Assembly: GCA_964016885.1 (NCBI GenBank)
Contig: OZ024743.1
Span: 103,912,001 to 103,976,000 of the forward strand
Length of the DNA: 64,000 nt
Direction: 5' to 3'
Source: Eledone cirrhosa
Lineage: Eukaryota
Shown here: positions 55,237 to 64,000 of the stretch, one piece after another
Position numbering within the stretch: the first letter of the stretch is position 1
How the letters are laid out: every line of letters starts with the position of its first letter
The notes under the pieces: model-generated
Database searches by the model: none
What the model saw: the letters and a program-made list of their open reading frames with translations, nothing else
Told to the model about the DNA's origin: nothing
Position numbers and translations under genes: made by a program

Positions 55237-56389
55237 CTGTAAATATGATGAGGTGATAAGAAGTATGAAGTGGCGTATAAATTGATGGCACTAGTGTAGG
55301 AGTACATTTGTTCTCTAAGTCTATGAAGGAACTGCTTTTAAATTATAGATGAACATGCATACACAGACACGTGTGGGGTGTATTGGTGGGGGGGGGGGGG
55401 ATGTTTGTTTGCCTGCCTGTTTTGCTGTCAATATTTTCTTTGTTTTCAGACTAATCGCATTTCAAAAGTGTTGATGAAATGAATGATGAATTTCATCCCA
55501 AGTATAAGAAATACAGGTAAGCTGCCAAAAACTTTGTATCAAGTTTGAATTGTGCAACAAAAAGAAAATAGAAATATTTCATTAAAAAAAACAATGAAAC
55601 TTTATGATATACATGCTTGTATATATTTGTTTGCATGTATGTACACGTATGTTTGCATATATGTGTGTACATTTGTGTTTGCATTTGGGTATATATACAT
55701 ATGTTAGCATGCATGTATGTGCACATATGGGTTTTCATATATGTGTGTATGGGTTTTCATAGATGTGTGTGTACATGTGTTTGCATACATGTATGTGTAC
55801 ATGTCTGCATGTGCTTGCATATATGAATGCATGCATGTGTTTGCATATATGAATGCATTCATATGTTTGCATACATTTGTCTACACGAGTTTATATATAT
55901 ATATATATATATATAAATGAAAGGTATAGAAATTGTTTTAGCGAGAAGCTAACAGTATTCTATAATATATATATATATGTATATATTTATGTATATATAT
56001 GTATATATTTATGTATATATATGTATATGTATATGTATATATATATGTATATGTATATGTGTGTATGGGGATTTATAAATAAAAAACTTAATACTTAAAA
56101 CAAAATTAAACAAAAAACATTAATCACTTAAAGGAAATTATGCAAACAAGAAAAAATATCAATTTAAATTTTTACAATAAAGTAACAAAAAATAAATATA
56201 TAAATAAATAAACAATAACCAAACTTTAAAAAAAAAATGCAACAAAATCAAAATTCTAAGTTGATAAAAAAAAAACGTCTAGTATACAACTTATTAATGT
56301 AACAAAATGTTTTCTTTCGTGAATGTGTGTACACAGCAGGAAAATGTGATTTGATAAAATGAAACTGTTAAATAGTGTAGTTGATAGTT

Positions 56390-57311
56390 AAATCTTAACT
56401 CTTTTGTGACCACATTTCTAATGAACGTCACTATTTCAATTAATCAATAAAGTTTTATATATTATTTCAATACTAAGATAGAAACTTAATATATGGATCT
56501 AGTATAGCATGCAGAGGAGGGTGGAGGGTATGATAACTCTGGGCATCCATATTGAGGCAAGTGGTGGGGGTATCCAACCTAAGAGTCATGCAAGGTTTTC
56601 TGTTTAATATGACTACTGAGTACAGCATACACTCAAATTTCTCAAGCGCCCATCCAAAATCTGCGACCAGTTTTCTACATAAAAACTGAGAAATTTATGA
56701 CCTTAAAATTTGATGATTGTGCTGAAACAAACTTAGGTAATAGCATATGTACTTGTTTTCTGACAGGAGATCTCACTTTGGGGTCCAGATTTAATGAATG
56801 TGGCTGATTTTAAATTAATTTGAATATTTCATGTTTCTTCATGTTTATTTCATGTTTCATCTGTTTTTACATATTTAAAATATTTTCCTTTCATACATTT
56901 TTCACTACTCAGCCCTATACTTTAGTTTTAGGGGCATACAATCAAAGAGTTGGCTCCAAGCATTCCCAAACTTCTGCATGACACTGATCTTAACTCTTTT
57001 GTGACTGTATTTTTAATGAAATACACTATTTCAATTAACAGATAGAACATTTTTAGGGTTTACTAAAATTATTATTTCATTACTAAGTAACGCAACATAT
57101 GGTTATTATCCCTTTCGTGACCTCTCATGAAATATACTGTTTGAATTAATTAATAAAGAAGTTTGAGGAATTTACTAAGATTATTAATTAATTAACTTAA
57201 CATAGTTCTTACATAAATTATGTTGGTAGATTCTAATGTAAATAGGAATCGGATGGTTTTGTTTAATAGAACAAGAGATAGTTTTGGATGGATTGGTTTT
57301 AAAGGGGTTAA
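56390..57311. mobile_element. cluster of piggyBac-like MITE fragments with an unclassified insertion at about 56500-56986
   Basis: Three similar starts (ttaactcttttgtgac / atccctttcgtgac) at about 56396, 56990 and 57108. Ends in aaaggggttaa at 57311. Confidence 0.45.
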
Positions 57312-60202
57312 ATGTAGCACAGTTTAGGTATAGTCAATGTAGGATGGGTAAAATGTTCTGCGTGCAAATCCCTACAAAGTTGGTGCGATGCCGTGACTGG
57401 TCTCACTTTATACAGTAGTGGTCATTAATCAGAATTGAAAATTACTTTGGAAGCATGTACAGTGCTTCTTAATGGTCTTAGTTGCACATGTAATCATGAG
57501 CAAACACAGACACCTTCTCAAACATCTGAACCATCTAAACTACCCTGACTTGGGTATCATGTACAATGTTTTTATTAATAATCTAAGGTACCTATGTAGT
57601 TGTGAACAGATATCAACACCCTCCCAACAGTCTCACCCAATGACCAAAAAAAACATCCTGGACATGACAGTTTGGTGGAGGCAGGGGCTTTTTTCTTATC
57701 AACCCTAAAATGATGAAAGGCAAGGTGGACATCAGAGGAAATTCAACATAAATCACAGAGAACCAGAACAAATATTGCAACCCATTTTTCACCACCTTAA
57801 CTCACAATACACCTACCTTGATTAAGATATGAATAATGGTCACCTACTCAATAAATTTGGCTATTAATATTAATCTTTTTGCAATATTATAACAAACCCT
57901 GCAATTTCAGGAATGAGGGATATGAAGGCCATGTCATTTATGTATTTGTCAAGGATATCAAAATAATATGGTTCTGTGTGTAAATTAAAAGTTGAGGATG
58001 TCAACAGTTCATTTTGAAATGTATGCACAATGAAATGAAATGATGTAAAAATCGACTGATCAGAATATTCTGGTATTTATGGCTTGTTAAGTGACAAGTT
58101 CTTATCTATATCACCAGGGCAACTATTTTCTCACAAGCAAAGGTTTACTTTAAGCTAGAACATCAAACTGGATTTTTACAGTTTGAAAACATACATACAC
58201 ACTTGCATATATAAAAGTATAAGCAAACTTGCTGCAATGCAAAAGTTATATAAAACACAAAGCAAAGAGAAGACAATAAATGAAACAGAAAACAATAGTT
58301 CAATTAAACAAGGAAGAAAATAAATTAGTTTATGATAAAGCCTGGAATGATATGAAGGATAATGATGTAAATACTGCTGTAAATATGTCATTGACTTCCC
58401 ACAACAAAGATGACCCCATTCTTCACAGCAACATTTCTTGCTTCTATCTTGCATCCCTAAACTTGATGAATGAAAGGCACCCAGCTGGTAAAAGTCTGGT
58501 GTCATTGGGAGGGAGTCTGCATCACCACCTCTTGCAAGAGGCCATCAACAAACAAATATACAAAACATTCCCAAACAAAATGCTAAGAGGATTCATCAGT
58601 CATATCAAGAGTATGACAACTGCCCTAGTGTTGGAGTCCAAAGAAATGTTCCTAGTACACTGTATAGCAGATGGTGATAGGAAGGGCATTCAACCCTAGA
58701 AAACTTGCCAAACAAAGTCTCAAGAAGACTCTTTAGTTATGTCAAAGACATGGCAACCTCCCAGTGCTGGTGTCATGATAAAATGACGCCCAATACACTC
58801 TGTAAAGTGTGGAAATGTATTTAAGAGAGATGTGGCTTCCAGCCCAACTGAGAGGTCAGTAGATCTGATTACATACTACTTGTATGTGACGACCCATTCC
58901 ACCCTTGCTAGATGGAGAAAATGGATATAAAACGTTGACAATGATGACGATAATGTGTGCATGCATACGCTCACACACAACTATAATTAAAGGTCCCTGA
59001 TGCATAGCATAAATTGACCATTTTATTATCAGGTAGGAATAGGAGATGGGATAGAAAAGGCAATAAAGAAGAGAGGTACTCTGGGAATGTCATGGGAATA
59101 TCATGTGGATGCTGTGAGAATGAGGGAATGTGAAAATATTGTGAATGGTGTAGAACAATGAGGAATACAAACCAAATTTGAAACCATCAAAAGATGAAAA
59201 ACCATCAAAAGCAGAAAAAAAAAAAAAAAATAGGAGGACTTCTTTAGATAATAGTCCTGGTATTGTGTCTGGAAAATAAAATGGTGTGGTTCTAATTAAA
59301 ACAAATTGATACCAGGTCTGTACACCCAATCAGTGTTGACCTGAGATTAAACAAGTGTTAGTTAAGCTAAAGTGTTACCTTTGACTTCTTCAACTTTCAG
59401 TATAGAAAAAGTATGAGGGTGTAACTGAGAAATCTGCTTAGTAAAAACAACGAAACCCAATTATCTTTAATATGAACAGTGTTAGGTCTGACACACACAA
59501 CAAGAAGTATATATATAAGTGTTAAGACATCGGATGAAGTGAAAAACTGATTTCAAGAAACTGAACTGCATGAAATATGACGACAGGACCAAATGGACTG
59601 GTGATATGCTATAATACAAAAGACCCGTCCAACAGAACAAGCAGTGTGACATTAAAAGCAAATGTGAGAGACAGGAAACTAGATATAATATATCAAAAAT
59701 ATGCAATTATGTCTCTGCCAGGGTGAGTATGAAAGGAATTTTAATTTAATTGAAAAAAAAGCAATGTATATATAATTGCATATTTAACTAAAAATTAGCT
59801 TACAATATAATCAGATGAAGTGTGTATAAGAGCATATACAATATCTTTGTGTATAATAAGCATACATAAGTCTGGTGGTGTGTTTTAAACTGTGATCATG
59901 TCACAGCTGCAGTTATTGTCATATTGTTTCTTATACATGAACATATAGTTTACACTTTTATATATACTTCTAATATATATATATATATATATATAATTAT
60001 CTTCATCAGTTTTACAGCTATTTTCCATGCTTCATCATCATCATCATCACCATTTTACGTCCGTTCTTTCACGCTAGCATGAGTTAGACGGGTTGTCCTG
60101 TTGTGGGCAGTGTCCGGTCGTCTGACCTTGTCTTGCTCATACGATAGAGTATAGGAAACATATGGAAGTAAGATGCAGACATAATGCTACATCAATCATC
60201 AT

Positions 60203-60510
60203 TATCATCATCATCATTTTACGTCCGCTTTTCCCTGCTTGCAAGGGTGGGACGGGAACTGATTCTGGCTTGATTTCTACAGCTGGATGCCTTTCCTAAC
60301 ACCAACCTCATTTACAGTGAGTGCTGGGTGCTTTTTTTCCGTGGCGCCTACATGTTCACTTTACAGTGTGGGCTGGGTGCTTTTTTGCCATGGCACCTCC
60401 ACGACCACTTTGCAGTGGAATGATAGGGACCTCAGTCCTATCATCTCACTTCTACAGCTGAACAAACTGGGCAAATGTTAAATAAAGTGTCTTGCTCAAG
60501 GAAACAACAC
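60203..60510 (-). mobile_element. 5'-truncated CORE-type SINE with RTE tail
   Basis: Matches 18361-18670 and lacks the tRNA head. Confidence 0.8.
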
Positions 60511-62805
60511 AAGTGTATATAAATATATATACGCACACATACACACTAAGATATAGACATGTTAGAAACAAGACGTTGGGTTAAACAGATTATCACATTC
60601 TGAGGTTAGATGGCCACGTCAGATGACTGTGTTACATTCATATATTCCATTTTGCAATGGTTTCTACAGCTCCTTAATGTAATGTCAACCACTTGACCAT
60701 ATGTAATGGGTTCATTTTCCCATGGTATGGCACCACACACATATTGTAAGATAACTTTTAATTAAATATACAATTACAAGTATAACTAACTGATCATTAC
60801 TAAATTCCTAACTTATATTTGTGGGAAGGAATGTATGAATGGTGTTTTGGGAGACAAATCAAAACTGGAACAATGGAAAGAGACAGTAAAAGAACAGGAG
60901 GAAACATGAAAGCAACTGCAGCTTTTTTTTTCTTCAAGCTGTGTACAAGCAGAAATAACAACAGCAGTAACTAGAACAAGAAAACATAAAAAAGCAAAGT
61001 TTTCAAACAGTTCTTATGGTACTGACAGTTCAGACCAGTAGCAGCATGACAGCAATGCACTCCAAATTGGACTTGTGCAAACAGCCTCATTATTTTTACT
61101 TTACATACAACGCACACATGTACACACAGACACAATCATTATTTAGAGAAAGCAAAATAGTGAACAGAACGATTTAACAAAATTCAAAGAAATATATATA
61201 TATTTTTTTTTTTAGTATAACAAATCAGGGGTAGATTGTGGAAAAAAAGATTTTCTAAACAAGATTAAACAAAAAATTAGCTCAAATAAAAGAACTAATC
61301 TACATTGATAGTATTAGTAATGATTTCTAAATGATGCATGAATCAAGTTTGGGTGAACCCTATTCGATTACTGCTACGTATTGTCCCTGAGAGGATGAAA
61401 GGAATAATTTTGCCAGCTCAAAAGCATCACCCAATTTTTTTTTTACACCAATACTATTTTGTTTATATTAATACTATTTAATTTTTTATACTAATATTGT
61501 CTTTTTTTACATTCATACTGTTTTTTAAAACTAATACTATATTTTCCTCCATTAGTTGTAGTCTCAGGATAAGACAATCCGTTGATTATCGGAAATTCTT
61601 TAGGTTCAAAGATAACATTCCAGTATGGCTAAGGTCACCCTAGCTATAACTAAAGAACACAGTTACACATTATTATTACTACTACCACTACTATAGCTGT
61701 ACCCTAAAAAACATTGCCTATTTTTATTATGATTCACATCATCATCATTATCATTATCATTTAACATCTGTTTTTCCTGCTAACAAGGGTTCGACGAGTC
61801 ATCACAGACCAAGTCTTCATCAGAGCTACTGAACTCTCAGATGGGCCAGGAGCTGCATGTTGCTTACATAAATTTCTGCACTTTACAGAGAGCATTATGC
61901 TTTTTATTGTGGCACCAGCACTAGCGAGGTTATCATATATTTGACAGCTGAAGAGTCCTCTCAATCCTTTGTTTGGCAAGTTTTCTACGGCTGCGTTGCC
62001 ATTCCTTTCACCAACCATCTTACAGAGTATACTAAGTATTTAATTATGTCACTAACACTGATTCTTTGGACTAAATATCCTTATAGCTATGATTTTTTAA
62101 AATCTATTTCCTGCAGGGTTTTCATTGTTTAATATATTTTTTTCTTTTCAATCAAAGATGGAATATATCAAAACAGAGAAATGATTTGAAAAAAAAACTG
62201 TCAAACTAAATTATTTTAAAAATCTAATTTCATCTTAAGAATGATAATATTTAGTTTAAATCAGTTTAAATGAAATTTTTTAAATTAAAATTTTAAATGA
62301 TAACTGTAATGGTCACACTATTTACCATAAGTAAAAGTACACCACAGAGGTATATAAGTAGAAGTATGAAACAGGTATTGAATGTAGCAAATACAGTAAC
62401 AAACAGAGTACTTATATTATAGATATAATTCATTTTTAATATATTTTATAACTGCCAAAGAAGTGCTTGGAGTAGGGGAAAAACTGACTGTGTAGGCAAT
62501 TATTTCAAAACCTAAGACCCTCAATGTGCATATAGGTTAGGCAATAAGTGATAACTGTGAACCTGGAAGGTCAGAATACCCTGAAATATACCCCAATGAA
62601 GATAATGAAACACGCTCCAATAAGAAAGTATTAGCCAGTTGAACAATCAAAAAGCATCAATCAAAGAAGGGAACAAACCGGAATGTTGCAGTTGAAAGAC
62701 AAATGTGATAAATGGATAAAGCAAAACAGTGATTAGATCTGCATCATCTACAGCTGCTGGAAACACAGCAGTGCATGCTGAACAAACAGAAATGTCTGTT
62801 GTCAC

Positions 62806-62880
62806 CTTTTCGGATTTCCTTCTAAAAGGGTTTCGCATAGGACACAGAAGTCCAGACGATGAGGATCTATGGACGCTTTT
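62806..62880 (-). CDS. cora: probable protein 4.1/coracle homolog exon; upstream FERM exons lie beyond the window
   Basis: cttccag|KSVHRSSSSGLLCPMRNPFRRKSEK|gtgaca, 75 bp, phase 0-0, joining in frame to the 55236 exon. No homology recognised. Confidence 0.55.
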
Positions 62881-64000
62881 CTGGAAGACCAGGGAGATAT
62901 ATATAGATATCATCATCATCATCACAGAACAATTTATATATACAAGCACACACACAAACACACCACAGATATAGAAAAAGAAACGGTCTGAGTCATTAAT
63001 AATTAATAAATTAAAAATATAATTTGAAACATTAAAAGTTTCATTTAAAATCCAACTTGAAACTGTTGATGACAGTTTAACAAATAATTATTGATGGGGT
63101 ACTTTACAAGATAAAACGTAATAAAGAACTGACATCAGAACAGATTTTGAGTCTTGTGTTATAAATACCATACACATATATGTATAGTGATCAATTGTGT
63201 CGAGCAGACATTAATTAAATATAAATATATGTAAATTTTACTGTTATATATTATACTTTACATAAGGTAGCTTTAATTTTAAAAACTTAAGACTATATTA
63301 AAAAAGAAATTCAAATATTTTAAAACAAAAATGCTTTGGTATATTTTGTAAAAAGCAAAACCATAATTAAAAAAGATAAATAATTATTAGTTGCATACAG
63401 AAATGAGTAAGTTTGAAACAAAAATTGTCTAAAAGAAACTTTATAATCAACTCTAATGATCAGTTATTTAATTCCTAACTGTAACTTTGCCTACATCTCA
63501 GTATGTATGAAGGAGAAATTGAAATATCTTTCAGCTAAGAACAAACTATACCAAACATTTCTCATGTCACAAAGAAGCCCCAAATTCTGTTACTCATTTA
63601 CCTTCCCTGACACTATGTCCCTTATTTCAGTAATCATCATCCATGTTTAATGCCTATTTTCCATGGGTAAGACAGGCAGTCACATTATGAGGCTAGACAA
63701 GTCAAGTGACCATGCCTTGTTCATACATTCCATATTTGGCTTGGGTTAGGCTGCTTTTCTTCATGTCAACCACTTTATAGCATGTACTAAGAGCTAGCAT
63801 AACCACCTTACAGGGTGAACTGGGAGTTTTTTGTTGTGGTACTAACAAAGCCACCTTACAGTGTGGACTGTTTTTTTGTTTTTTTTGTTTTTTTTTCGTT
63901 ATTGCTGTAGTATGACTACCCCACAGGATGGACTGGTTTTTTTTTAGGGGGGTTTTACCAAGGTGCCAGTAGGACCACTTTACAGTATATCTATAAGACA

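Noticed and set aside
58280-58699. 139-aa ORF
   Set aside because: No recognisable motif, and its 3' part runs into degraded SINE/RTE tail sequence.

Overview
AT-rich eukaryotic DNA, most likely from an octopus or other coleoid mollusc. This is inferred from the CORE- and Meta-domain tRNA SINEs, RTE LINEs with (GAT)n tails and very long (TA/CA)n arrays. Two intron-containing genes converge. On +, the last four coding exons of eIF3 subunit F lie at 2241-5641. On -, the 3' part of a protein 4.1/coracle gene has seven phase-0 coding exons from 62880 down to 17565, including the recognisable 4.1 C-terminal domain. That gene carries a 2856-bp (952-aa) symmetric exon built of more than 100 YGPDG-type heptads arranged in 265-aa higher-order repeats. 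The rest of the window is intron or intergenic DNA containing a Tigger/pogo transposon, a decayed hAT(m)-like transposase, two RTE LINEs with a PHD-like finger, a non-autonomous Helitron, a Penelope-like remnant, SINEs, MITEs and a 6.7-kb microsatellite. Reading the introns by hand also shows several minimal type I hammerhead ribozyme motifs. Two of them sit in direct repeats 580 nt apart (retrozyme-like), and all complete motifs found are antisense to the host gene. Most of the long ORFs in the supplied track are microsatellite artefacts.
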